Shown here piece by piece: positions 30,345-39,936 of a stretch of DNA of 64,000 bases (position 1 is the stretch's first letter; each line of letters starts with the position of its first letter). This DNA comes from a virus (lineage: Duplodnaviria > Caudoviricetes): IMG/VR virus record IMGVR_UViG_3300031857_000014; one strand, given 5' to 3'. The translations under genes were made by a program, and so were the position numbers. Below the pieces are notes generated by a model, which saw only the letters and a list, made by a program, of their open reading frames with translations, did no database searches and was not told the DNA's origin.

Positions 30345-31091
30345 ATGAATAATTTCATAAAACAGGTAATTGAAGAAAAATTTGCGTCAAAAAAACAACA
30401 AAGATTGTTTTATGCTAAATCTTCTGATAAATCCATTTCACCTAAAGAAAGAAAAAAATGGAAGAAATGGGCTCAAGAATTTTCAGCAGATACGGATTTT
30501 GAAAAATTACCAGAAAAGAAAAAAGAAGAAGTAGACGAAATAGTTGACGATTTCGGTAACATAAGTAGAAATAAAAAACCTAAAAACTTTAACACAAAAG
30601 GAATTACATCAAATTCTATGAGTGATGAAGTTGTAAAAAGTGGGTCGGGATCTATGGGTACTCATGGCGTACATGGTACACATACTTCTTTAAGATATTG
30701 GGCGGAAGCGGACATGAGTAAAACTTTAGGTTACAAAGAAACCTTGGGAAAAGATAAAGATTACGAAGATGCTGAAGAACATTTTGAAGATGAATTAAAT
30801 TTAGATGAGCCAGAAGCTGAAGAAAGATTAAGTAAAATGGGTTATGATAAAAATTTACCAAAAGATAAAGTAAGATTGATAGAAAACCCAAAAAAATTCA
30901 TGTCAGATTATATTGAAAGTATAATTTATAAAAAAACTTTGGAAAATGACTTAGTTCAAAAAGAAACAGATGAAACAGAAGAAACTAAAGAAATCCCAAG
31001 TATTGTACAAAAACAATTAAAATCATTAAAAAATACAATGAATACATATAATTTGACTATTAATGATGTTACCAAAGAATTAAAAAAATAA
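30345..31091 (+). CDS. Hypothetical protein (putative head-associated)
   Basis: 248-aa ORF; FASKKQQRLFYAK module; late motif upstream. Confidence 0.6.
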   Translation: MNNFIKQVIEEKFASKKQQRLFYAKSSDKSISPKERKKWKKWAQEFSADTDFEKLPEKKKEEVDEIVDDFGNISRNKKPKNFNTKGITSNSMSDEVVKSGSGSMGTHGVHGTHTSLRYWAEADMSKTLGYKETLGKDKDYEDAEEHFEDELNLDEPEAEERLSKMGYDKNLPKDKVRLIENPKKFMSDYIESIIYKKTLENDLVQKETDETEETKEIPSIVQKQLKSLKNTMNTYNLTINDVTKELKK

Positions 31092-31588
31092 TGAATAGTG
31101 AATTAAAAAGTAGATATTTTGATATACCACAAAATATCTTAGATAAAATTAATCATACAGTAACTTGTTTACAAGGTGAAAATGTTCGTGGGATTCAACG
31201 AGCAAAAAAACTATTGAACGACAAAAAAGTAAAATATGGTCAATTAAAAAGAATTATTCATGACATACAAAATATTGATAAAATAAAAGACAGAACCAAA
31301 TACGATTTATGTGGTGGTGATTTAATGGAAAAATGGGCTAAACAATTTTTAGATAATGAAAGACAGTTGATAATTAACAGAAAAGATTCTAAAAAAAATG
31401 CGGATAGTATGGGAGGAATCACAGGAGAAAGAAAAAATAGTCATTTAAAAAAACACAAGAAAAGATTTAGTTTCAAAATCCCTGTTAATTTAATTAAAAG
31501 TAATTCACATAAATCATCAATTACACCAATAACATCATTAGGATTATTTGAAGAAGTTGAAAAAATAAAAAAATTAATTGACTACTAA
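31091..31588 (+). CDS. Hypothetical protein
   Basis: 165-aa ORF translationally coupled to its neighbours. Confidence 0.65.
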   Translation: MNSELKSRYFDIPQNILDKINHTVTCLQGENVRGIQRAKKLLNDKKVKYGQLKRIIHDIQNIDKIKDRTKYDLCGGDLMEKWAKQFLDNERQLIINRKDSKKNADSMGGITGERKNSHLKKHKKRFSFKIPVNLIKSNSHKSSITPITSLGLFEEVEKIKKLIDY

Positions 31589-31589
31589 T

Positions 31590-32672
31590 ATGGCAACACA
31601 GTTAGAACAAATTGCAGAAAAATTAAGAATAGAACATATAGCCAGAAACAAATACGAGTCAGAAAAAAAATATTCTTCTGAAAATTCTAACGCATTATCC
31701 GATGGTGATGAATTTGGTAAAGGAGAAAATAATGGAAGTATTGGTTCAAAAACGGATATTTTAACAAGAATCGATAATACTGGAAGAAATACATATTCTT
31801 CAAATAACGGATATTCATCAGTAAATACTCGAGCATTGTCTGACGGAGATGAACCAGGTAAGGGGGAAAACAATGGTAATATCGGAGGAAGAACAGATAT
31901 ATTGACTAGAATTGACAATACTGGTAGAAATATTTACAATCCTAATAATCAGTATTCTTCCATCAATACTCGAGCGTTATCTGATGGTGATGAACCAGGT
32001 AAAGGGGAAAATAACGGAAATATCGGGGGTAGAACGGATATTAACACAAGAATTGATAACACAGGAAGAAATATATACTCACCAAATAATCAATATTCAT
32101 CAGTAAATACAAGGGCGTTATCTGATGGTGACGAACCAGGTAAGGGAGAAAATAACGGAAATATTGGTGGACAAACTGATATTCTAACAAGAATTGATAA
32201 CACCGGTAGAAACATTTATAACTCTAACAATCAGTATTCAAGTATTAATACTCGAGCATTATCTGACGGTGATGAGCCAGGTAAAGGAGAGAACAATGGT
32301 AGTATCGGAGGTCAAACCGACATATTGACTAGAATTGATAATACCGGAAGAAATATATATTCACCAAATAATCAATATTCTTCCATCAATACTCGTGCGT
32401 TATCTGATGGTGACGAGCCAGGTAAAGGTGAGAACAATGGTAGTATTGGAGGACAAACTGATATTTTTACAAGAATTGATAATACTGGTAGAAATATTTA
32501 TAACCCTAACAATCAATATTCATCAGTAAACACAAGGGCGTTATCTGATGGTGATGAACCAGGTAAAGGTGAGAACAATGGTAGTGTTGGTGGACAAACT
32601 GATATTCTAACGAGAATCGATAATAGAGGTAGAAATTATTATGGAGAAACAAGACAATATCCTGACTTTTAA
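31590..32672 (+). CDS. Protein with seven tandem 47-aa repeats
   Basis: Likely start at ATG 31590 (MATQLEQ). Unit TRIDNTGRNIYNPNNQYSSINTRALSDGDEPGKGENNGNIGGQTDIL; 7 copies of ALSDGDE.GKGENNG. Confidence 0.85.
   Translation: MATQLEQIAEKLRIEHIARNKYESEKKYSSENSNALSDGDEFGKGENNGSIGSKTDILTRIDNTGRNTYSSNNGYSSVNTRALSDGDEPGKGENNGNIGGRTDILTRIDNTGRNIYNPNNQYSSINTRALSDGDEPGKGENNGNIGGRTDINTRIDNTGRNIYSPNNQYSSVNTRALSDGDEPGKGENNGNIGGQTDILTRIDNTGRNIYNSNNQYSSINTRALSDGDEPGKGENNGSIGGQTDILTRIDNTGRNIYSPNNQYSSINTRALSDGDEPGKGENNGSIGGQTDIFTRIDNTGRNIYNPNNQYSSVNTRALSDGDEPGKGENNGSVGGQTDILTRIDNRGRNYYGETRQYPDF
31690..32645 (+). repeat. 141-bp coding tandem repeat x7
   Basis: Copies differ mostly at synonymous positions; approximate boundaries. 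Confidence 0.85.
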
Positions 32673-32674
32673 AA

Positions 32675-33388
32675 ATGAAAATTAATAATATTATTTTTGA
32701 CATACTATTGGAACAACCAAGTTTTGATGCAAAATCAAAACCATTAGTGAATGCAATAAAAAATAGAAATCCGGTGACGTTTTATTATTCGGGACCAAGA
32801 AACCCTAAAAAAGATAGTGTGGTTGCGGGTGGTAGATTTAGGGCTGAAATTGTTGCAATGGGTTTGAGTAAAAAAGGTAATTTAATTGTCAGGGCGTGGG
32901 TCGAACCTCCATCAAGAACTAAAACAGGTTTTAATAAAGGAAATTGGAGAACATTTATTGTAAATAGAATGAGTAGTATTACTGTATTCGATGACAAGAC
33001 ATTTGATGTTAAAAGACCAGGATATAAAGAAGGTGACGATAAATCCATGACAGTAACATATGTCAAATCATCGTGGACTTCAACACCACCTGTCAAACCA
33101 AAAGAAACACCAAAACCAGTAGAACCTGTCAAACCAAAAGAAACACCAAAACAAACAAAACCGGAAGAACCGAAGAAAGATGAACCGGTAAAACCTGAAG
33201 AATTACCTCAACCAAAACCTGAAAAGAAACCTGAACCACCAAAAAAAGAGGTTGAACCAACTAAACCTGAACTTAAGGAACCAGAAAAAAAAGAGGAACC
33301 TAATTCTGAAGAAAACCCTGAAAAGGAAAAAAATAAATTACAAGAAGGAATAGTAAGATTTAAATCTTTAATTTCCTATAGTTTTTAA
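32675..33388 (+). CDS. WYL-like domain protein with Pro/Lys/Glu-rich tail
   Basis: AIKNRNPVTFYY...R.AEIVAMG......IVRAW....WRTFIVNRMSSI; PKE-rich linker. Confidence 0.6.
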   Translation: MKINNIIFDILLEQPSFDAKSKPLVNAIKNRNPVTFYYSGPRNPKKDSVVAGGRFRAEIVAMGLSKKGNLIVRAWVEPPSRTKTGFNKGNWRTFIVNRMSSITVFDDKTFDVKRPGYKEGDDKSMTVTYVKSSWTSTPPVKPKETPKPVEPVKPKETPKQTKPEEPKKDEPVKPEELPQPKPEKKPEPPKKEVEPTKPELKEPEKKEEPNSEENPEKEKNKLQEGIVRFKSLISYSF

Positions 33389-33409
33389 TTATAATTAAAT
33401 AAAAATACT

Positions 33410-34003
33410 ATGTCAGGACAAGGAACAATATCGACTAATGATTTAATGATGAAATTAGTCCAAGCTAAAAAAGTAATGAATAAAGTTGACTCAGGAAATT
33501 TTGAAAGAGGTAATGTAAACGAAAGAATACTAACATCACCTCCAGAAGAAATTATGGAAATGCAATCACCATCAACAGTAACTAAACAAATACCAACACC
33601 AACTGTAGATAAAATACAAAATTCAAAATTACCTGATGCAATTAAAAAAGCGATGATTGAAAACCCAATTCCACAAATTTCTTTAAATGATAGTTTGGAC
33701 ATGAATTTTGTTAAAAATGCAAAAAGATTGATGGAACAAGAAGGTTTAACATCTAAAAAATCAGGGTCTTCAAATCAAGTAATCAAAACATATCTTTCAG
33801 AATCAAATACATCAGATATCGCGGAAAAATTAACACCAATTATTGAAAACATAATTAGGAAAACTTTAGATGAAATAGTTGACAGAAAACTAAATCAGAT
33901 TTTAACCGCACATCAAACCGCGTCTATCAATGAAAATCTTGTATTAAAAGTTGGTGATTCCGTGTTTAAAGGAAAAATAACAGGCGTAAATAAAGCTAAA
34001 TAA
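33410..34003 (+). CDS. Hypothetical protein
   Basis: 197-aa ORF in an operon-like run. Confidence 0.7.
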   Translation: MSGQGTISTNDLMMKLVQAKKVMNKVDSGNFERGNVNERILTSPPEEIMEMQSPSTVTKQIPTPTVDKIQNSKLPDAIKKAMIENPIPQISLNDSLDMNFVKNAKRLMEQEGLTSKKSGSSNQVIKTYLSESNTSDIAEKLTPIIENIIRKTLDEIVDRKLNQILTAHQTASINENLVLKVGDSVFKGKITGVNKAK

Positions 34004-34051
34004 TTTCTTTTTTCAAAATTTTTGTTTATACTTTAGACATATTCATTAGAT

Positions 34052-35278
34052 ATGTCAAAAATTAAAGTATTAGTAATCCCATCCGATACATTTGGTGTGG
34101 GTAAATTCAGAATCTTAGATCCATTTAAATACATTGGTGATAACTACTCAGATGAAATTCATGTTGATATAGCATTTAACACAGAAGATAATCATGATTT
34201 TTTTAAAAATTATGATATTGTTGTGTTTCATAGTTTTATACACAAATTACCTCACGAAGCGAATATCGCGAGAATTAATTGGTTAAAAAATCAAGGAATT
34301 AAAGTGATTATGGATATTGATGACCATTGGAAAGTTGATCAGAGACATCCAATGTATCATCAAATCCTTTTTAACAAAGTTAGTGAAAAGAAAGTTGAAT
34401 TGATGAGGTTATCGGATTATGTCACAACAACCACACCGGTTTTCGCAAACACAATAAAAACAAAGTTGGGTATAAAAAATGTGTTAGTTTTCCCGAATGC
34501 CGTTAACGATGAAGAACAACAATTTCAACCAAATAAAATTGAATCAGAAAAAATTAGATTTGGTTGGTTAGGTGGTTCATCTCACTTACACGATTTAGAA
34601 TTGTTAAGAAATGGTATCTCATCTGTTTATAGTGCTTACGGTGAAAAAATACAATTTGTTTTATGTGGGTTCGATACGAGAGGTTCGGTTAATGAAATAA
34701 ACAAAGAAACAAATCAAGTAACACAAAGACCAATTCAACCTATGGAAACTGTTTGGTACAAATACGAACAAATTTTCACAGATAATTACAATGTACTTGA
34801 TGAAGAATATAAAAATTATTTAATGACTTTTACAGAAGGTAATTATGTGGATAAAGATAAACCATACGTAAGAAGATGGACTAGAGAAGTTAGTAAATAC
34901 GCGAATAATTACAATTATTTTGACGTATCTTTAGCACCGATAGTTGATTCAGAATTTAACACTAATAAATCACAATTAAAAGTTATTGAAGCGGGATTTC
35001 ATAAAAAGGCATTAATTGCTAGTGAAATAAACCCGTACACTATAGATTTGATTTCAGGTGTTGATGATGGTAAATTTAATAGTAAGGGTAATGCGTTATT
35101 GGTTTCACCAAACAGAAACCATAAACAATGGACACAACACATGAAAAAATTATATGAAAATCCAAACATGATTGAAGATTTGGGTAATAGATTATATGAA
35201 ACAGTAAAAGACAAATATTCTTTACGTAAAGTTTGTAAAGATAGAGTTGAATTTATAAAATCAATTATTAATAAATAA
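34052..35278 (+). CDS. Glycosyltransferase (GT-B, family 4-like)
   Basis: MDIDDHW, GWLGGSSHLHDL, DVSLAP...FN..KSQLKVIEAG. Confidence 0.85.
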   Translation: MSKIKVLVIPSDTFGVGKFRILDPFKYIGDNYSDEIHVDIAFNTEDNHDFFKNYDIVVFHSFIHKLPHEANIARINWLKNQGIKVIMDIDDHWKVDQRHPMYHQILFNKVSEKKVELMRLSDYVTTTTPVFANTIKTKLGIKNVLVFPNAVNDEEQQFQPNKIESEKIRFGWLGGSSHLHDLELLRNGISSVYSAYGEKIQFVLCGFDTRGSVNEINKETNQVTQRPIQPMETVWYKYEQIFTDNYNVLDEEYKNYLMTFTEGNYVDKDKPYVRRWTREVSKYANNYNYFDVSLAPIVDSEFNTNKSQLKVIEAGFHKKALIASEINPYTIDLISGVDDGKFNSKGNALLVSPNRNHKQWTQHMKKLYENPNMIEDLGNRLYETVKDKYSLRKVCKDRVEFIKSIINK

Positions 35279-35290
35279 AAACAAAAAAAC

Positions 35291-35521
35291 ATGCATTATT
35301 TAGTAACTATCGGTTATGAAACCGAACAAATGGACAGAAACGGAAATCCTCGTTTACAAAAATTAAAGTACATCGTTGAAGCTGAAAGTGTTGAAGAAGC
35401 AACAATTGTTGCATCAAAATACAGAGCGGGAGACGTAAGGTCAAGTGAAAGTATTTCAATTGTTAAAATGCCAATTGAATGTATCATTGATAAAAAAAAC
35501 ACTCCGGAATATTATAAATAA
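35291..35521 (+). CDS. DUF4494-like small protein
   Basis: YLVTIGYE...KLKYIVEAESVEEA resembles the Bacteroidota DUF4494 family (recalled, not searched). Confidence 0.55.
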   Translation: MHYLVTIGYETEQMDRNGNPRLQKLKYIVEAESVEEATIVASKYRAGDVRSSESISIVKMPIECIIDKKNTPEYYK

Positions 35522-35535
35522 TAAAAAGAAACACG

Positions 35536-35772
35536 ATGCAATTCCATAGTAGAGACATTCAAATTTTACGTCAGTCACAAAGTAAAATGGTTTTAGAGTA
35601 TCTTAATTCACTTAATGTTCAAGTAACTGTAGAAGAACTACAAAGAATTACCGACATTTTTGTTGAATGCTGTTTAAGACCATCAGACGATGATTTAAAA
35701 AAAAGAATCAAATCTTTAGATAAATGGATTAATGAAAAAATAGAAGAAAAAAAATCTATACCAAATGGATAA
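35536..35772 (+). CDS. Hypothetical protein
   Basis: 78-aa ORF in the operon. Confidence 0.6.
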   Translation: MQFHSRDIQILRQSQSKMVLEYLNSLNVQVTVEELQRITDIFVECCLRPSDDDLKKRIKSLDKWINEKIEEKKSIPNG

Positions 35773-36382
35773 GGAAAAAATTGACGATTATATCGAAAGA
35801 TTAAAAAAATTTGACTCAACTATGAGTGGTGATGATGAAAATTTTGACCCAACACTCATAAATGAATTGAATAATTTATTAAATGTACTTAATGATGATA
35901 TTGTAAAAACACAATCTCAACAAATCGATAAAACTGATTATGAAATGGATTTTTCACCATTAAGTGTAAAGATTAAAAAATTAAGGGAAAACGCTGTTAT
36001 TCCAAAATATTCTAAAGATGGTGACGCTGGTTTAGATTTAACTGTAACACATATTATTTCAGAAACCATGACCGATATTACATATGGTTTTGGAATTGCG
36101 CTTGAGATTCCAAAAGGATATGTAGGGTTAGTATTTCCAAGATCATCAATAAGAAAATATGACATGTTGTTAACGAACGCAGTTGGTGTTATAGATAGTG
36201 GATATAGAGGAGAAATACAAGCAACGTTCAAAAAGACTGAAGGTACTTTTAATTATTATGGTGCAAATGAGAGAGCTGCACAAATTATCGTTTTACCTTA
36301 CCCTAAAGTACAATTTATTGAATCTGACGAATTGTCAGATACAGAAAGAAATACTGGTGGATTTGGATCAACAGGTAATTAA
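35765..36382 (+). CDS. dut: Trimeric dUTPase with N-terminal extension
   Basis: All five motifs: AGLDL, PRSS, GVIDSGYRGEI, AQII, RNTGGFGSTG. Confidence 0.95.
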   Translation: MDKEKIDDYIERLKKFDSTMSGDDENFDPTLINELNNLLNVLNDDIVKTQSQQIDKTDYEMDFSPLSVKIKKLRENAVIPKYSKDGDAGLDLTVTHIISETMTDITYGFGIALEIPKGYVGLVFPRSSIRKYDMLLTNAVGVIDSGYRGEIQATFKKTEGTFNYYGANERAAQIIVLPYPKVQFIESDELSDTERNTGGFGSTGN

Positions 36383-36423
36383 AGATATTTATTAGAATAA
36401 TAAATGTTGTTAAATTTTAAATT

Positions 36424-37185
36424 TTGTTAAAAAGAAAACCAAAAACATCTGAACCTAAAAAAGGTAGACCCACAGTAGAAAAAAAAGCACCTATAACATT
36501 CGAAGAAAAAAAGATAAATAACAAACAAAGAATTCGTGAGGTCATAAAAAAACCAAAAGAAAAGTTCTTAACTAAATCTCAAGAAGAGTATTGGAACATT
36601 TTGGGTGATAATCAAATTACTTTATGTTTTGGACCTGCGGGTGTTGGTAAATCATACATTGCAATGAAAAAAGCGGTTGATTTACTTTGGGACGATAGTA
36701 ATAAGTACGAGAAAATTATTATTGTTAGACCGGCGGTTGAAGCTGAGGAAAAACTTGGTAGTTTACCAGGAGGTTTGGAAGAAAAACTAGACCCATACAT
36801 TTATCCTTCATATTATCTACTTAATAAAATAATTGGTAAAGAAGCCAGAGAAACTTTGAAAGATGAAGGGTTTATTGAAGTGGCTGCGTTGGCGTATATG
36901 CGTGGATGGAACGTTGATAATACGATATTAGTTTTTGAAGAAGCACAAAACGCAACTCCACAACAAATAAAGTTATTATTAACAAGAATAGGGTTTAATT
37001 CTAAATTTTTTATATCAGGTGATTTAGAACAATCAGATAAATACAAAGACAAAACAAAGTCTGGTTTATACGACGCTAAGAAAAGATTACACGGGTCACA
37101 CGATATTGGTATATTTGAATTTGGTAATGAAGACATTGTTAGAAATCCATTAATAAGTCATATCTTAAAAAGATATGAAGATTAA
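36424..37185 (+). CDS. phoH: PhoH-family ATPase
   Basis: FGPAGVGKS, IVRPAVEAEEKLGSLPG, AYMRG, FEEAQN, GDLEQSD, DIVRNPL. Confidence 0.95.
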   Translation: MLKRKPKTSEPKKGRPTVEKKAPITFEEKKINNKQRIREVIKKPKEKFLTKSQEEYWNILGDNQITLCFGPAGVGKSYIAMKKAVDLLWDDSNKYEKIIIVRPAVEAEEKLGSLPGGLEEKLDPYIYPSYYLLNKIIGKEARETLKDEGFIEVAALAYMRGWNVDNTILVFEEAQNATPQQIKLLLTRIGFNSKFFISGDLEQSDKYKDKTKSGLYDAKKRLHGSHDIGIFEFGNEDIVRNPLISHILKRYED

Positions 37186-37222
37186 GGTTTACTTATAATC
37201 AATCTAATAGTATATTTCTTTT

Positions 37223-37870
37223 ATGGAAATATTCGTTAGTATTGATGGTGTTTTAAGAAACACAATTCAAAAATTTGATTATCATTACAAAGACAGTTTT
37301 TTTGATTCTGAATTTGAGAGTGAAAATAATTTTGAATATGGAATAATAGAACCAATTCAAAATAATAATTTATTAGATTCATATAAATTTCAGTCAAAAG
37401 AAGAATTTGACTATTTTTTATTTATTGAATATCCAATAGAAATTTTTGGTCACGCCGGACTAAGTTACTCAACTGCCATTTCAGATTTAAATAATCTAAT
37501 ACATAATAATCCTGAACATAATTTTACTGTTGTTGGTTTAGATCAATTCGGAAAATCTAAACCGGCAACACTATTCTTTTTATCTAAAAATGGATTTTTA
37601 GGGAATGATATAAAGTTTATCAAATCAAATGAAATAAATAACATTTGGGAAAAATGTGATTTTTGGATTACCGATGATAAAAGAATTATTGATTCCTGTC
37701 CAAATGAAAAGTCAGTAATAAAATTTAATACAATTTATAATCAATTCTTTACTAATAAAAAAGAAATAACTAAATTATCAGAAATACAAGAACCATGGAA
37801 CTGTTTGGAAAAAACTACTACATTGACATTGACGGAATCACAGACAAATGCAGAACAACACAATCAGTAA
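37223..37870 (+). CDS. HAD-superfamily 5'-nucleotidase-like protein, motif I degenerate
   Basis: FVSIDGVLRN (first Asp replaced by Ser), WITDD, KFNTIYN. Confidence 0.55.
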   Translation: MEIFVSIDGVLRNTIQKFDYHYKDSFFDSEFESENNFEYGIIEPIQNNNLLDSYKFQSKEEFDYFLFIEYPIEIFGHAGLSYSTAISDLNNLIHNNPEHNFTVVGLDQFGKSKPATLFFLSKNGFLGNDIKFIKSNEINNIWEKCDFWITDDKRIIDSCPNEKSVIKFNTIYNQFFTNKKEITKLSEIQEPWNCLEKTTTLTLTESQTNAEQHNQ

Positions 37871-38097
37871 AAAACGATGACGATACTGATGAAACCGAAA
37901 ATTCTGAAGGGTCAATTGAAATAAACATTTTTAAGTACGAAATGATTAAAATGTGTATTGAAAGAGTTTTATCAGAGTACGAAGAAGATGATGAATCAAT
38001 GGGAGTTTTTGGAAAAGAAAAAACACCAATGTCATTTAAAATTGCGTTTAATACATTAATAAAATACGGAATAATAATCGAAGAAGAAGATGAATAA
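37795..38097 (+). CDS. Hypothetical protein
   Basis: 100-aa acidic ORF. Confidence 0.6.
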   Translation: MELFGKNYYIDIDGITDKCRTTQSVKNDDDTDETENSEGSIEINIFKYEMIKMCIERVLSEYEEDDESMGVFGKEKTPMSFKIAFNTLIKYGIIIEEEDE

Positions 38098-39154
38098 TCA
38101 AGAAAATTTAGAAAGACTAGAGTCTGCGATTGGTAGACTAGAAAACAAACAAAGTGTCATTTATTTTTTAACTTATGACACAAAAAATAATCCAAGAGCT
38201 GCGGTAAAACATATCTATGATATTGCGCTGACTCTTAAAAGAAATGGGTATAACTCTAAAATTTTAGTTGAAGATAGTAGTTATACCGGAGTAAAAGGAT
38301 GGTTAGGAGACACATATGATGAATTAAGTGTTGTATCAATTAAAACTGACAAAATTGAAATTAATGTTGATGACATTATGGTAGTACCTGAATTTTATTC
38401 GAATGTACTACAACAATTGGCAAACATTAGATGTACTAAAATTATGTTGATACAACAAAAAGAGTACATTTTTGAAACATTACCTATGGGTAGTAGATGG
38501 TCAGATTATGGATTTGATAGAGCTATTGTAACAACAGAAAAATTAAAAAAATACGTTCAAGAAATCTTTCCTGAAATGTTAACTTTTATTATCCCACCAA
38601 TTATTGGAGATAATTTTAGTCCTTCAGAAAAACCAGTCAAACCGTTTGTTTCAATTCATTGTAGAAATAGATCAGTACAAAAGAAAATTATCTCAGAATT
38701 TTATTTGAAATTTCCTCAATTACGTTGGATTACTTTTAGAGACATGGTACAAATGACATATGAAGATTTTTCAAATGGACTTAAAGAATCTATGGTTTCT
38801 TTATGGTTAGATGATGAATCTACTTTTGGAACATTTCCATTGGAATCTATGAAATGTGGTGTTCCTGTTGTTGGTAAAATACCAGATACTGAACCTGATT
38901 GGTTATCAGAAAATGGAATGTGGACATATGACGAATCTAAACTTGTTGAAATTTTAGGGACATATATTTTGGCTTGGTTAGAGGGTGTTGAACTTAATAT
39001 GGAAGTAAAAGATAAAATGAAAGAAACTCTTTTACCATATATGACATCAGTAACAGAAAATAACATAGAAAGAGTATTTAATAGTTTTGTTTCACAAAGA
39101 CTAATCTCGCTTAAACAAGCATCAGAAAAATTAAAAGAAGAACAAAAAATATGA
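38090..39154 (+). CDS. Glycosyltransferase (GT-B-like)
   Basis: AVKHIYDIA.TL...GY; ESTFGTFPLESMKCGVPVVG (E-x7-E-type motif). Confidence 0.75.
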   Translation: MNNQENLERLESAIGRLENKQSVIYFLTYDTKNNPRAAVKHIYDIALTLKRNGYNSKILVEDSSYTGVKGWLGDTYDELSVVSIKTDKIEINVDDIMVVPEFYSNVLQQLANIRCTKIMLIQQKEYIFETLPMGSRWSDYGFDRAIVTTEKLKKYVQEIFPEMLTFIIPPIIGDNFSPSEKPVKPFVSIHCRNRSVQKKIISEFYLKFPQLRWITFRDMVQMTYEDFSNGLKESMVSLWLDDESTFGTFPLESMKCGVPVVGKIPDTEPDWLSENGMWTYDESKLVEILGTYILAWLEGVELNMEVKDKMKETLLPYMTSVTENNIERVFNSFVSQRLISLKQASEKLKEEQKI

Positions 39155-39936
39155 AAGAAATGAATATTACAATTTTATTGCCAGTACATAAAATAGACGG
39201 TGATTATAAAGAAATGTTGGATAACGCTGTTAAATCAGTTGAACAATTTTATAACGATGTTAATTTAATGGTTATTTGTCCGGAATCAATTAGTAAAGAT
39301 TTGGATAATTTATCTGATAAATTAAATATTGAAGTAATACCAAATAAAGGTAAAACAGATTTCTGTTCTCAAATAAATTTGGGTATTGAAAATGTTAAAA
39401 CAAGTTGGTTTAGTATTTTAGAAATCGATGATGAATTTAGTTCAAATTGGTTAAAATCAATGACTGAATATGTTGTTGGTTTTCCTGAAGTTGACGTACT
39501 ATTACCAATCGTAAAAGATATTAATACAGAAGGTAAATTTTTAAGTTTTACTAATGAATCCGTGTGGGCGTATGGATTTTGTGAAACCCAAGGATTTTTA
39601 GATAATGAAACATTAATCGAATTTCAAAATTATCAAACTAGCGGAGGTTTATATAAAACCAGTGTAGTAAAAGAAAATGGAAAATTTAAAGAAAATATTA
39701 AACTAACATTCATTTATGAATTTTTATTAAGACTTACACATAATGGTACAAAAATTATGACAGTACCAAAAATTGGATATCAACACGTTAATTTCAGAGA
39801 AGATTCTTTGTTTTGGAATTATAAAGAAGATGAAAATAGTAAAATGGACGAATCAGAAATTAAATTTTGGGTAGATACCGCAAAAAAAGAATTTTTCTTT
39901 AAAAATAAACGAGATGTAACATATTCCCAAAATTAA
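39151..39936 (+). CDS. Glycosyltransferase (GT-A, family 2-like)
   Basis: ITILLPVH...AVKSV...QINLG......WFSILEIDD...EFLLRL. Confidence 0.75.
   Translation: MKEMNITILLPVHKIDGDYKEMLDNAVKSVEQFYNDVNLMVICPESISKDLDNLSDKLNIEVIPNKGKTDFCSQINLGIENVKTSWFSILEIDDEFSSNWLKSMTEYVVGFPEVDVLLPIVKDINTEGKFLSFTNESVWAYGFCETQGFLDNETLIEFQNYQTSGGLYKTSVVKENGKFKENIKLTFIYEFLLRLTHNGTKIMTVPKIGYQHVNFREDSLFWNYKEDENSKMDESEIKFWVDTAKKEFFFKNKRDVTYSQN

Noticed and set aside
31690-32645. 141-bp tandem repeat as a CRISPR array or non-coding satellite
   Set aside because: It is fully in-frame, the whole unit repeats with no unique spacers, and variation is mostly synonymous.
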